Source: Acidobacteriota bacterium
Lineage (GTDB): Bacteria; Acidobacteriota; UBA6911; RPQK01; JADFOI01
Reading direction: 5' to 3'
NCBI GenBank assembly: GCA_963663035.1
Contig: OY760074.1
Location: 3,168,001-3,232,000 of the forward strand
Length of the DNA stretch: 64,000 nt
Shown in pieces: positions 1-9,862 of this stretch (positions are counted from its first letter, which is position 1; each line of letters starts with the position of its first letter). The notes beneath the pieces were generated by a model, which was not told where the DNA came from, did not search any database, and worked only from the letters and a program-made list of their open reading frames with translations. A program made the translations under genes and the position numbers.

Positions 1-1113
1 GCACCATCCAAGCGTGTGCGCAGCTTCGAGATTCGGCGGGAGCCCTTGCCCCGCACGACGACTCGCAAAATAAAGCGTTTTCAGGTGCAACAGGAGCTGG
101 AAGAAAAGTCCCCGACTCCAGCCTCAGCCGGCGTCAGAGAAGCAGCCCAGCCTCAAACTGTAACGGAAGAAAAGGTCTTCAGAGTCCTTCGAGAAATGAA
201 GAACGAGGCAGCAATTCACCCGCAAATGAATCTGGAGTTGGATTTGGGCTTTGACTCTCTGGAAAGAGTCGAGCTCCTCTCCACCCTTCAGGAGAATTTC
301 AAGATTCAGATCTCAGATGAAGAGACAGTTCAGATCTTCACTGTTGAGGAACTCGTTACTGCAATAGAGGAGAGACTTACGGGAGAGGTTGGTGGAAAAG
401 ACGTTCGGCTCTCGTGGAGAGCCATCCTCGACGAACCCCTTCAACCTGAAGACCGCCTGCGAGTTCAACAAATCCTAGCGTCTAAACCCATTACAGAATT
501 TGCTTTCTATCTCACAGCAAAGCTGGTTCACATTCTGTCCATAGTGCTTTTCCGTTTGAAGGTGAAAGGAAGAACACACCTGCCTCAGGAATACCCTTTT
601 CTGATCTGTCCCAACCATCTGAGCTTCCTGGACGCCTTTGTGCTGGTGGGTCCCTTTCCCTATCGAATCATCAAGAGGATCTTCTTCTTAGGCTATGCCG
701 ATTACTTCAACCGTCCAGTGCTCGGGTTTCTGGGACGACTGATCAAAGTCGTGCCCGTTGATGCTGACCGGCACCTCCGGCAGGCGCTTCGTTTGGGCGC
801 GGAAGGACTGCGCATGGGCTGCATTCTTTGCGTCTTTCCGGAAGGAGAACGCTCCATTGACGGCACCTTGAAACCCTTTCGGAAGGGACCCGCTATCCTG
901 GCCAAGGAGATGGGGGTGCCGGTAGTGCCGGCGGCCATCGCAGGAACTTATGAGGTTTGGCCCAGAGGCGTGAATAAAATCCGGTTACGGCCGGTTACGG
1001 TCTCTTTTGGCGATCCTCTCGATCCCCCCTCCGAGGAAGAAACCTACGACTCCTTCAATGGGCGGCTTTTCCAGGCAGTCGACCAGCTCATCCAGCAAGA
1101 GAAACGAGGTTAG
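1..1113 (+). CDS. C-terminal part of acyl-CoA synthetase-ACP-acyltransferase (PlsC-like) multidomain protein, 5' truncated
   Basis: End of AMP-binding domain (LPRTTTRKIKR), ACP motif LGFDSL, acyltransferase NHLSFLD and FPEGERS motifs. Confidence 0.85.
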   Translation, partial: APSKRVRSFEIRREPLPRTTTRKIKRFQVQQELEEKSPTPASAGVREAAQPQTVTEEKVFRVLREMKNEAAIHPQMNLELDLGFDSLERVELLSTLQENFKIQISDEETVQIFTVEELVTAIEERLTGEVGGKDVRLSWRAILDEPLQPEDRLRVQQILASKPITEFAFYLTAKLVHILSIVLFRLKVKGRTHLPQEYPFLICPNHLSFLDAFVLVGPFPYRIIKRIFFLGYADYFNRPVLGFLGRLIKVVPVDADRHLRQALRLGAEGLRMGCILCVFPEGERSIDGTLKPFRKGPAILAKEMGVPVVPAAIAGTYEVWPRGVNKIRLRPVTVSFGDPLDPPSEEETYDSFNGRLFQAVDQLIQQEKRG

Positions 1114-1133
1114 AGCCTCGCCTGAGGCCTCGC

Positions 1134-1889
1134 TTAGTGGAACGCCAACCCACCATCCACCACCAGGGATTGGCCTGTAATCATCTCAGCCTCTTCAGAG
1201 GCCATAAAGACTGCTGCTCCGCACACATCCTGAGGTGTCAGGCTCCGTTTCAACACCTGCCGTTCCTTATAAGCATCGAAGTGCTTCGCCCCATAGACTT
1301 TCAGGGCAGAGTCGCTCCGGACCAGTCCCAAAACCAAGGAGTTGACGTTGATGCCATACTCACCCAGTTCGGGCGCGATGGCATGGGTCAGCCCAACCAC
1401 ACCGGCCTTCGAGGTCACATAGTCGAGACGATAGGGCCTCCCAATCAACCAGGTCACCGATGAGATATTGATGATCTTTCCGTAGCGCTGCTCCTTCATG
1501 AACGGGAACACGGAGCGGATGCAATTCCAAACTCCCTTCAGGTTCACCTCCATACAGCGGTCCCAGTTCTCTTCGGTGAGCTCATCAAAGGGGCCTTCCG
1601 GCAAGGCGGTGAACATGGCGGCGTTGTTCATCAGTATATCGATCCGGTGGTATTGGTCTTTGCTGCGCTGGGCCATGGCGTCACAGTCGACTTTCCTGGC
1701 CACGTCAGTCTTGAACCCGATGGCTTCGCCGCCGGCGGCCAGGATCTCCTTTGCGGTGCGCTCGGCATTGCCCCCGTCAATGTCGGTACACACGACCCTG
1801 GCACCCTCCCTGGCAAACCGCTTGCAGTACTCCACCCCGATCCCGACTCCAGCACCTGTGACAATGGCGACCTTATCCTTCAACCTCAT
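1134..1889 (-). CDS. SDR family oxidoreductase
   Basis: TGAGVGIG Rossmann motif, NNA, YVTSK catalytic motif. Confidence 0.9.
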   Translation of the reverse strand: MRLKDKVAIVTGAGVGIGVEYCKRFAREGARVVCTDIDGGNAERTAKEILAAGGEAIGFKTDVARKVDCDAMAQRSKDQYHRIDILMNNAAMFTALPEGPFDELTEENWDRCMEVNLKGVWNCIRSVFPFMKEQRYGKIINISSVTWLIGRPYRLDYVTSKAGVVGLTHAIAPELGEYGINVNSLVLGLVRSDSALKVYGAKHFDAYKERQVLKRSLTPQDVCGAAVFMASEEAEMITGQSLVVDGGLAFH

Positions 1890-1891
1890 AG

Positions 1892-2302
1892 CTATCCATC
1901 TTCCCGATACTCGGCCAGGGCTTCAGGAGTTTCCCACAGTCGAATCGCTACCACGGGCAGTCGCTTGGCTTTGGCTTTCAGGAAGATCAACCTGGCAATA
2001 TTTTCAGCAGTAGGATTTTCTTTCATGATAAAGACCCGCTCACCTAGTCCTTCCAGCGCCGCCACCATCGGGTCATCCTCCCGCAACAACATGCGGTGAT
2101 CCAATTCATGATCGATAAACCCCTGGAGATATTTTTTGACATCACTGAAGTCGTAGACCATCCCCCGGTGATCAAGCTTTTCGCTGGAGAGCTCGACTTC
2201 AAGTATCCCATTGTGTCCATGGGCATGAGCACATTTGCCATCGTAGTCCATGAGTCGATGGCCGTAGCTGAAGTGCAGTCTCTTAACAATATGATACTTC
2301 AT
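1892..2302 (-). CDS. queD: 6-carboxytetrahydropterin synthase
   Basis: GHRL..YDGKC..HGHN, LDHR, NPTAEN, WETP motifs; ATG at 2302 (the longer ORF runs into a MITE). Confidence 0.9.
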   Translation of the reverse strand: MKYHIVKRLHFSYGHRLMDYDGKCAHAHGHNGILEVELSSEKLDHRGMVYDFSDVKKYLQGFIDHELDHRMLLREDDPMVAALEGLGERVFIMKENPTAENIARLIFLKAKAKRLPVVAIRLWETPEALAEYREDG

Positions 2303-2319
2303 CGTAAAGCTAGTTTTAG

Positions 2320-2464
2320 CCAAGCTTACGCATAAGTTTTCTACTCCAGTGCCGCAATCATCCACGCTGACTGCGTTGTGCGACCCGCAAGCGGGTACCC
2401 CTCGCACGCCTTGTCATCGCGGCGCCAGCGGCACTTCGTCACGAAGACCTATGCGTAAGCCCGG
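2320..2464 (+). mobile_element. MITE family A copy 1 (145 bp)
   Basis: Termini ccaagcttacgcata / tatgcgtaagcccgg; core nearly identical to copies at 5819, 16772, 33908, 46422. Confidence 0.85.
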
Positions 2465-2540
2465 CTTTAATTTAAGTGTTTCAGAGCCCTTTGTAAACTT
2501 TCGGCCAACTTGGGAAAGTTATAAGATTGCGCTCTGTAAC

Positions 2541-3641
2541 GTGGCACGGAAATCAAAGAAGAAAATCTGTGTTCTCAACGGTGGCGGCGATTGCCCAGGA
2601 TTGAACGCTGTTATCCGGTCGGTAGTCAAATCGGCTATCCTCCGGCATGGCTGGGAAATCTGGGGAAGCGAGGACAGTTTCGACGGTTTTCTTAAGCCCG
2701 ATAAGATGGTGCCCCTGACACTGGATTCGGTAAGAGGCATTCTTCCCAGAGGAGGCACTATTCTGGGAACGACCAGTAAGGGAAATCCCTTTCGCTATCC
2801 GGTCAGAAACGAAAAGGGCGAAATAGAATCTCAGGACTATTCCCAAAAAGTCATCGACAAGGTCCGGACAATGAATTTGGACGGACTGATCGTAATTGGG
2901 GGAAACGGTACGCTGTCCATCGCCTATGAGTTCTTCCAAGCAGGATTGCCCGTCATTGGAGTGCCCAAGACCATCGACAAGGACCTGTTGGCCACCGAGA
3001 TTACCTTCGGCTTCGACACAGCACTGCACACCGCTACCGATGCCATTGACAAGATCCACACCACCGCTGAGAGCCACGACCGCGTCATGGTTGTGGAGTT
3101 AATGGGTCGCAATGCAGGGTGGATTGCTCTGGAAGCCGGGACTTCGGGAGGAGCAGATGTCATCCTGATTCCTGAGATTCCCTTCGATATTGAAAAGGTT
3201 TGCCAGAAAATTCAACAGCGCGCCAAAATTGGGCGCCACTTTAGCGTGGTTGTGGTAGCCGAAGCTGCCGCTTCCTCCGATGGAACCCGGATTTACCGTC
3301 AAGGCGCTCAGGAAAATCTCTCTGGTAAGCTGGGAGGTATTGGATTCGTGGTGGGAGAAATGATCCAGGAACGGACCGGAGTCGATACTCGCGTTCTGGT
3401 GCTGGGACACTTGCAGCGTGGAGGGAGTCCCAGCCCGTTTGATCGCCTATTAGGAACTCGTTTCGGTGTGGCGGCAGTTGAACTGGCTGCTCAGGAGAGG
3501 TTCGGACAGATGGTTGCCCTCAAATGTGGCAAGGTTGAATCGGTGCCCATCAAAAGTGCTATCGCTCGTCAGCGCCTGGTCGAGCCTGAGGGGGAATACG
3601 TGCGTGCCGCCAAAGCGATAGGGATTTCCTTCGGAGACTAA
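2541..3641 (+). CDS. pfkA: 6-phosphofructokinase (group III type)
   Basis: GGGDCPGLN, GGTILGT, PKTID, MGRNAGW, LGHLQRGG; GTG start at 2541; GGNG rather than the usual GGDG. Confidence 0.9.
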   Translation: MARKSKKKICVLNGGGDCPGLNAVIRSVVKSAILRHGWEIWGSEDSFDGFLKPDKMVPLTLDSVRGILPRGGTILGTTSKGNPFRYPVRNEKGEIESQDYSQKVIDKVRTMNLDGLIVIGGNGTLSIAYEFFQAGLPVIGVPKTIDKDLLATEITFGFDTALHTATDAIDKIHTTAESHDRVMVVELMGRNAGWIALEAGTSGGADVILIPEIPFDIEKVCQKIQQRAKIGRHFSVVVVAEAAASSDGTRIYRQGAQENLSGKLGGIGFVVGEMIQERTGVDTRVLVLGHLQRGGSPSPFDRLLGTRFGVAAVELAAQERFGQMVALKCGKVESVPIKSAIARQRLVEPEGEYVRAAKAIGISFGD

Positions 3642-3804
3642 GTACTCACTTTCATAAATATGGAAACGTTTGTTGGGAGCGCGACGGAGCCCAGATCGAG
3701 GCACGACGACGAGTCGATGTCTCCGCATCCCTTCCTCCTCCCTTCGCGACCTCGCCTCGCAAGCCCCATCCGCAACCGTTACCGTATTTATGAAAGGGAG
3801 TACT
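3641..3804. mobile_element. MITE-like palindromic repeat family C copy 1
   Basis: Inverted ends agtactcactttcataaata / tatttatgaaagggagtact; second copy at 59754-59916. Confidence 0.75.
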
Positions 3805-3879
3805 CATTGTTGGCCAATCAACAGAGTGCAAATAACAACTGTGCTAGAATCGAGTGAACAAGGTTTGAAGGGACAACAG

Positions 3880-4437
3880 ATGATGGTGTACGAGGTGAGT
3901 TTTCTCCGCAGGATAGCACCGTTAATCCTGGGATTCCTACTCCTTCTAGGATGTGCCGAGACCTTTGAGCCTCAGCAAAATATTAGGGACTGGCTCCCGA
4001 CCGAAGACCGTCAACCGATGGATCTATCAGGCCTCTTTAGAACCGTGGACGGCGAGGATGCTCCTCTGATCGATCCCGATGTTGAAGCCAAAGTTGTGTT
4101 TCTGAACATGTGGGCAACCTGGTGCTTACCTTGCCTCGAAGAAATGCCTTATATGGCTTCTCTTTACCAGGAGTTCTCTGACGAGGGGCTCACCATGGTG
4201 GCTATCTCCAATGAAGACCCTGAAGTTGTTCGCAACTTTCTCGAGGATCACCCCTATCCATTCCCGATTTTGCTGGATACTGAGGATATTCTATCCCTGC
4301 GATTTGAGGTTATGGCATTGCCAACCACCTTGATTCTAGACAGTCAGGGACGCCTTGCCCTGCGCCAGATCGGATCCTACCACTGGGATTCCCCGGCCAT
4401 GATCGAACAATTTCGCCCGCTCCTAGCCGATGACTAA
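3880..4437 (+). CDS. TlpA-family thioredoxin-like lipoprotein
   Basis: WATWCLPC motif, ALPTT cis-Pro loop, lipobox LLGC; start taken downstream of the MITE. Confidence 0.85.
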   Translation: MMVYEVSFLRRIAPLILGFLLLLGCAETFEPQQNIRDWLPTEDRQPMDLSGLFRTVDGEDAPLIDPDVEAKVVFLNMWATWCLPCLEEMPYMASLYQEFSDEGLTMVAISNEDPEVVRNFLEDHPYPFPILLDTEDILSLRFEVMALPTTLILDSQGRLALRQIGSYHWDSPAMIEQFRPLLADD

Positions 4438-5818
4438 ACGTCAGGAAGCTTGCCTGTCCGATCCCCCTTTCTTGTTTCGTTGCATCAATCAGTCTTGCCA
4501 AAAGGAATTCGACATCAGTCGAAAGCTTTACCAGTGTCCTGACTGCTCTGATCTTCTGGACGTTGTCAAGAATTATGCAAGCGTTGACGTCGAGAAACTC
4601 AAAGAACTGTTTCGGCAGCGACGTGCTTCAAACGATCCGCTGGATATCAGTGGCGTGTGGCGCTATCGAGAATTCCTGCCCTTTCTCGAAGAAGACCTGC
4701 ACCATGTGGTCACGCTGGGAGAGGGGAACAACCCGGTCCTCGAGACACCCCGGTGCGCTGAATATGTTGGCCTCAAACGCCTCCGGGTCAAGCATCTGGG
4801 CTGGAATCCGACAGGCTCCTTCAAGGACTACGGTATGACCGTAGCAGTGACTCAAGCGAAGAAGCTGGGCTCGCGCGTCGTGGCCTGCGCCTCCACCGGC
4901 AATACTTCGGCCTCTATGGCGGCTTTCTGTGCCCGGGCCAATCTCCGTGCCGTGGTCTTTATTCCAGAGGGGCAGATCGCTTTCGGGAAATTGTCCCAAT
5001 CTATGGACTTCGGTGCCCTCACCCTGCAGATCCAGGGGGATTTTGACGTCGCTATGGGTCTGGTCCAGGAGCTTTCAGGAGAGACCGATCTTTATCTGAT
5101 GAATTCGATTAACCCTTTTCGTCTGGAAGGCCAAAAAACGGTCATGATGGAGCTCTTCGATCAACTGGACTGGAAGGTTCCAGATCGACTTGTGGTGCCA
5201 GGAGGTAATCTGGGCAACAGCTCTTCATACGGAAAGGCCCTCATGGAATTGAAGGACCTGGGCTTTATCGACAAGGTTCCGCGACTCTCCATCATTCAGG
5301 CCAGTGGTGCTGACCCGCTTTATAGGACACTGGTGACCAGTTCCCGGGATCTGGTTCCCGTCCAGGATGCCTGGACCCTGGCCAGCGCCATAAAGATCGG
5401 GAGACCCATCAGTTGGAAGAAGGCAGTGCGTGCTCTGCAATTCACCGATGGTTGGTGTGATGTGGTGAGCGAGCAGGAAATCGCCGACGCCAAGGCAATG
5501 CTAGGGCGTGATGGAATCGGGTGCGAACCGGCCTCCGCCACTACGGTCGCCGGTCTGAAAAGGCTTATGGAACTTGGCCAGAGCCTGGAACACGAAGTCA
5601 GCCTCGATCCTGACGAAGATGTGGTGGCGGTTTTGACAGGTCACCAGTTGAAGGATCCAGAGTATACCGTCAACTACCACCTGGATAACCTCTATCAGCA
5701 TGCCACTTACGAGAACCGACTGATGAAAAAATCGGGAAAACTGACCTCCACCTTCGCCAACGAACCCATTGCGGTCCCACCCGATAAGGACAAAATTATC
5801 CGCATGTTGGATCTGTAG
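4430..5818 (+). CDS. thrC: Threonine synthase
   Basis: NPTGSFKD PLP lysine, CASTGNTSAS, EGQKT, PGGNLGN, EPASA. Confidence 0.9.
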   Translation: MTKRQEACLSDPPFLFRCINQSCQKEFDISRKLYQCPDCSDLLDVVKNYASVDVEKLKELFRQRRASNDPLDISGVWRYREFLPFLEEDLHHVVTLGEGNNPVLETPRCAEYVGLKRLRVKHLGWNPTGSFKDYGMTVAVTQAKKLGSRVVACASTGNTSASMAAFCARANLRAVVFIPEGQIAFGKLSQSMDFGALTLQIQGDFDVAMGLVQELSGETDLYLMNSINPFRLEGQKTVMMELFDQLDWKVPDRLVVPGGNLGNSSSYGKALMELKDLGFIDKVPRLSIIQASGADPLYRTLVTSSRDLVPVQDAWTLASAIKIGRPISWKKAVRALQFTDGWCDVVSEQEIADAKAMLGRDGIGCEPASATTVAGLKRLMELGQSLEHEVSLDPDEDVVAVLTGHQLKDPEYTVNYHLDNLYQHATYENRLMKKSGKLTSTFANEPIAVPPDKDKIIRMLDL

Positions 5819-5963
5819 ACGGGATCATGCATAAATTTTCTACTGCAGTGCCGCAATCATCCACGCTGACTGCGTTGTGCGACCCGCAAGCGGGTACCCC
5901 TCGCACGCCTTGTCATCGCGACGCCTGCGGCACTTCGTCACGAAAACCTATGCATGATCCCGT
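5819..5963 (+). mobile_element. MITE family A copy 2
   Basis: Perfect 15-bp TIR acgggatcatgcata / tatgcatgatcccgt; flanked by gtag / ctag. Confidence 0.85.
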
Positions 5964-6023
5964 CTAGCCCACATTTCTCGCACACGATCCTGGGCCGTGT
6001 GTTATCCTTTCCCACCCCTGCTC

Positions 6024-7490
6024 ATGAAGCCAGCAACACTCGGAGAATTAAAACAGCAACATGGCGAGCCATCCGGCTATCGATCCGTAAGAGATGAGAT
6101 CCGCGACAATCTGATTCGCAAACTCGCCAGCAAAGAGCCCCTCTTTCCGGGCATTATCGGTTACCATGATTCGGTCATCCCGGGCATTATCAATGCTCTG
6201 CTGTCCAGACATAATCTCATTATCCTGGGATTGCGCGGGCAAGCTAAGAGCCGTATTCTGCGTGCGCTCACAGACTTCCTTGAGGAGGAGATCGCCTGCG
6301 TGGCAGGCTGTGAGATTAATGATGACCCCTTCTTCCCGATTTGTGCGATTTGCAAAAAACGCATTCAGGAGGAAGCCGATGACTTGCCTATCGCTTTTCT
6401 TCCGCGAGACAAGCGTTATGTGGAGAAGCTGGCCACCCCTGACGTCACCATCGCTGACATGATTGGTGACCTGGATCCCATCAAAGCTGCTAAACACGGC
6501 AGAGATCTTTCTGCCCAGGAGAACATCCATTTCGGGCTCTTGCCTCGAGCCCACCGGGGAATCTTTGCCATAAACGAACTGCCGGATTTGGCCCCCAAGA
6601 TTCAAGTCGGGCTTTTCAACATCATGCAAGAGGGAGATGTACAAATCAAAGGCTTCCCGATTCGATTGCCCATCGATATCTTCATGGTCTTTTCAGCCAA
6701 CCCGGAGGATTACACTGCGCGGGGAAGAATTATTACCCCTTTGAAAGATCGCATCGGATCAGAGGTGAAAACCCATTATCCACACACTATCGAAGATGGA
6801 ATCTCAATCACCCTTCAGGAATCCTGGCTGGAGCGAAACGGCTCAAACAAAATAGTAACGCCTGATTTCATTTCCGAAATCATCGAAGGAATCGCATTCC
6901 AGGGTCGTCAGGATCAGCGGATCGATCAACGCTCTGGTGTCAGCCAGCGCTTGCCCATCTCCTGCCTCGAAGTCACTGTCAGCAACGCCGAACAGCGAGC
7001 GCTGAGGGCCCAGGAAGACCAGGTGGTGCCCCGCCTTTCTGACGTCTATGCTTCCCTTCCAGCCATCACCGGAAAGCTGGAACTGGAGTACGAGGGAGAA
7101 TTAAAAGGGGCTGAGAAGATCGCCATCCAACTGATCCAGTCATCGGTCTTGAGAGCTTTTGAACGACACTTCCCGAATCAGACATTCGATCAGATTGTGC
7201 AGTGGTTCGACCTGGGAGGTGAAGTGCTGGTCAGCGACCAAACCCCATCTCAGGAGTATTTCCAGAAAGTGAAATCGATCCAGGGGCTGGAGGAAACCTT
7301 GGAGAAGTTGGGAGTTTCCCCAGAGAGCGATCCGGCAACCGCTGTCTCGCTCATTGAGTTCATACTGGAAGGGCTTCACGCCCAGAAGAAACTGAGTCGC
7401 AACCAGGAACGCGGGTACTTTAGGGAAGCTGCAGAAAAGGACGAAGAATTGCTGGGGGACTATCCTCTCCCCAAAAGGTCGTTCAACTGA
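6024..7490 (+). CDS. Mg-chelatase-like AAA+ ATPase
   Basis: Variant Walker A GLRGQAKS, FAINELPDL, SANPEDYTARGRIITPLKDR; paired with downstream vWA gene. Confidence 0.8.
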   Translation: MKPATLGELKQQHGEPSGYRSVRDEIRDNLIRKLASKEPLFPGIIGYHDSVIPGIINALLSRHNLIILGLRGQAKSRILRALTDFLEEEIACVAGCEINDDPFFPICAICKKRIQEEADDLPIAFLPRDKRYVEKLATPDVTIADMIGDLDPIKAAKHGRDLSAQENIHFGLLPRAHRGIFAINELPDLAPKIQVGLFNIMQEGDVQIKGFPIRLPIDIFMVFSANPEDYTARGRIITPLKDRIGSEVKTHYPHTIEDGISITLQESWLERNGSNKIVTPDFISEIIEGIAFQGRQDQRIDQRSGVSQRLPISCLEVTVSNAEQRALRAQEDQVVPRLSDVYASLPAITGKLELEYEGELKGAEKIAIQLIQSSVLRAFERHFPNQTFDQIVQWFDLGGEVLVSDQTPSQEYFQKVKSIQGLEETLEKLGVSPESDPATAVSLIEFILEGLHAQKKLSRNQERGYFREAAEKDEELLGDYPLPKRSFN

Positions 7491-7508
7491 GGCTCATACG
7501 CCGAAACC

Positions 7509-8765
7509 ATGAGTCGATTCCGTTATACGAAATACATTCCTCAGCCTCTGGATGAGATTGACCTGGAAGAGCTGGTGAACCAGCTCAAGGGTTTCTTTCT
7601 GGAAAGCGGTTTTGATTCTCCATTTCGGCGCAGCTCTCACTTCGATCAGACACTGGAGAACCTCTATCGGGCCCTGGCTGAGTTGCTCTCTCAGGACGAA
7701 CGCTTACCTCCAGAATGGCGCGCAGCCCTGGATGGTTATGTGGACGATTTTCCGGAGGGCCGGCTGCCCAGCGACGTTCAGGACTTCTTAGATCAGTTGA
7801 TTCAGCGTTTGATTAACGAAAACTATATCCATGCTTCCGAAGAAGGTTGGGACCAGGCTCCTCAACCAGGAGAGGGAAGCGAGGAGGATCCCGTCAAACA
7901 CATTCGGTTCGACCTGACGGACAAGAGCCTTGACTTTCTGGGTTACAAGACTTTACGCGAACTGATGGGCACACTCGGTCGAAGCAGTTTTGGTCGCCAC
8001 CCAACACACCAGCTGTCCACCGGCGTACAATCAGACTCTCACAGCCGCCCCTACGAGTTTGGCGATACCCTCAACCTGGATATCAGTGCCACCCTGCTGG
8101 AGGCCGTCAAACGGGAAGGATTGGAGCTGCCCTTCAGCCTGGAATATAAGGACTTGATGGTTTACCAAACCGACTATCACAGTTCCTGTGCTACCGTCCT
8201 GTTGTTGGACTGCAGTCACAGCATGATCCTCTATGGTGAGGACCGCTTCACCCCGGCCAAAAAAGTGGCACTGGCACTAGCGCATCTCATCCGCAGTCAA
8301 TTCCTGGGAGACTCTCTCAATGTGGTTCTTTTCCATGATTCTGCAGAGGAAATTCCTTTGGCCAAGTTTGCCTCTGCGAAAGTTGGCCCTTACCACACCA
8401 ATACCTGCGAAGGCCTTCGTCTCGCGCGCCACATTCTCCTGAGCCAGAAGAAAGAAATGCGGCAGATCATCATGATCACCGACGGCAAACCTTCAGCAAT
8501 CACTCTCCCCAATGGGCGGATTTACCGGAACTCGCTTGGTTTGGATCCCATGATCCTGCAAAAGACATATAGAGAAGTAGCCAACTGCCGAAAGGCGGGT
8601 ATTTTGATCAATACCTTTATGCTGGCCAGAGACTATTATCTAGTGGACTTTGTTAAGAAAGTTTCACAGATTTGTCGCGGAAAGGCCTACTTCACCACCA
8701 CCCTGAATCTTGCCAGCTATATTCTGGTAGATTTCATGGCGAAAAAGACGAAAACGGTGCATTGA
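7509..8765 (+). CDS. vWA-domain protein, partner of the AAA ATPase
   Basis: MIDAS DCSHS, TN, ITDG. Confidence 0.8.
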   Translation: MSRFRYTKYIPQPLDEIDLEELVNQLKGFFLESGFDSPFRRSSHFDQTLENLYRALAELLSQDERLPPEWRAALDGYVDDFPEGRLPSDVQDFLDQLIQRLINENYIHASEEGWDQAPQPGEGSEEDPVKHIRFDLTDKSLDFLGYKTLRELMGTLGRSSFGRHPTHQLSTGVQSDSHSRPYEFGDTLNLDISATLLEAVKREGLELPFSLEYKDLMVYQTDYHSSCATVLLLDCSHSMILYGEDRFTPAKKVALALAHLIRSQFLGDSLNVVLFHDSAEEIPLAKFASAKVGPYHTNTCEGLRLARHILLSQKKEMRQIIMITDGKPSAITLPNGRIYRNSLGLDPMILQKTYREVANCRKAGILINTFMLARDYYLVDFVKKVSQICRGKAYFTTTLNLASYILVDFMAKKTKTVH

Positions 8766-8777
8766 TGAGGCCAACGG

Positions 8778-9758
8778 ATGAATAAGAAAAAGTCTGAGAA
8801 AAAACTGGAACCCAATGAGGAGAGCATTGAATCGCTCCTTGAGCCAAAGAGCGAGGAGCCAGCATCCGAGAAGCTGTCACCTGAGGCACGGAACAAGCTC
8901 GCCACGCTTGACCCGGTACGCAGATACCTGCTGGAAATCAGCAGCTTCGAACCCCTAACGCCCGAGGAAGAACATCGCTTGGCGGTGCTGTACCGCAAGG
9001 AGGGCGATCAGCAAGCAGCTTACCGCCTCATCACCTCGAACCTTCGGCTGGTGGTTCAGATCGCGAGGCTTTATAACCGAGTTTATGCGAACGCAATGGA
9101 TCTTATCCAGGAGGGGAACATCGGCTTGATGGAAGCAGTGAAACGCTTCGATCCCTACCGAGAAGCCCGTCTTCCGACCTATGCCAGCTGGTGGATCAAA
9201 GCTTACATCCTCAAGTTCATCCTGGACAACTTCCGGATCGTGCGAGTGGGAACAACCAACGAAAGAAGGAAGTTGTTTTTTAACCTCCGTAAAGAGAAAG
9301 AGAAACTGCGCTTGCAGGGAATCGATCCTACTCCCGCCTTAATCGCTAAACGGCTGAATGTCAGCCCCGAAGAGGTGCGTGCACTAGAACAAACCATTGA
9401 ATCCAGTGATTTGAGTCTGGATGCCTCTGTTGGTGAGGACCAGTCCCTCCGCTATTTGGACACCCTGACGGCAACCGAAGAGATGGTGGACGATCAGCTG
9501 GCTCGGGGAGAACTCAAGGAGCTCTTTCATCAAGAAATTCAAGAGTTCTCCCGAGCTCTAAAGGAGCGAGAACGGGTCATCCTGTACGAGCGTTTAGTTG
9601 CTGAAACACCGCGAACCTTACAGGACATTGCAGCTCAATTTGAGGTGAGCCGAGAAGCCATCCGCTTGAACGAGAAAGCTCTGGTTGCAAAAATCAAAGA
9701 GCATATGCAAAAAGCTTTCAAAAATGTTACCGAGTTTGAGTTTGGGATGATTACCTGA
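8778..9758 (+). CDS. RNA polymerase sigma-70 family factor (RpoH/sigma-32-like)
   Basis: NLRLVV, DLIQEGNIGLM, YASWWIKA, RKLFFNLR RpoH-box-like, region 4 VSREAIR. Confidence 0.85.
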   Translation: MNKKKSEKKLEPNEESIESLLEPKSEEPASEKLSPEARNKLATLDPVRRYLLEISSFEPLTPEEEHRLAVLYRKEGDQQAAYRLITSNLRLVVQIARLYNRVYANAMDLIQEGNIGLMEAVKRFDPYREARLPTYASWWIKAYILKFILDNFRIVRVGTTNERRKLFFNLRKEKEKLRLQGIDPTPALIAKRLNVSPEEVRALEQTIESSDLSLDASVGEDQSLRYLDTLTATEEMVDDQLARGELKELFHQEIQEFSRALKERERVILYERLVAETPRTLQDIAAQFEVSREAIRLNEKALVAKIKEHMQKAFKNVTEFEFGMIT

Positions 9759-9759
9759 G

Positions 9760-9862
9760 AGGGGAGAGGAGGTAGGAGACAGGAGGGAGGAGGTTTCAAA
9801 CTCCAGGTTCCAGCCTTCAAGTTCCAGATTGCAAGCCTCTCTCCTGACTCCTGACTCCTTCC
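9760..9862. repeat. Degenerate heptamer tandem repeats between convergent genes
   Basis: ggaggta/ggagaca units, ttccagg-type units and ctcctga units. Confidence 0.6.

Noticed and set aside
2349-2540. Repeated peptide SSTLTALCDPQA in several ORFs (2349, 16729, 46428) and long N-terminal extensions of queD, pfkA, tlpA, the cupredoxin and queC
   Set aside because: These are translations of the non-coding MITEs; real starts lie outside the repeats.
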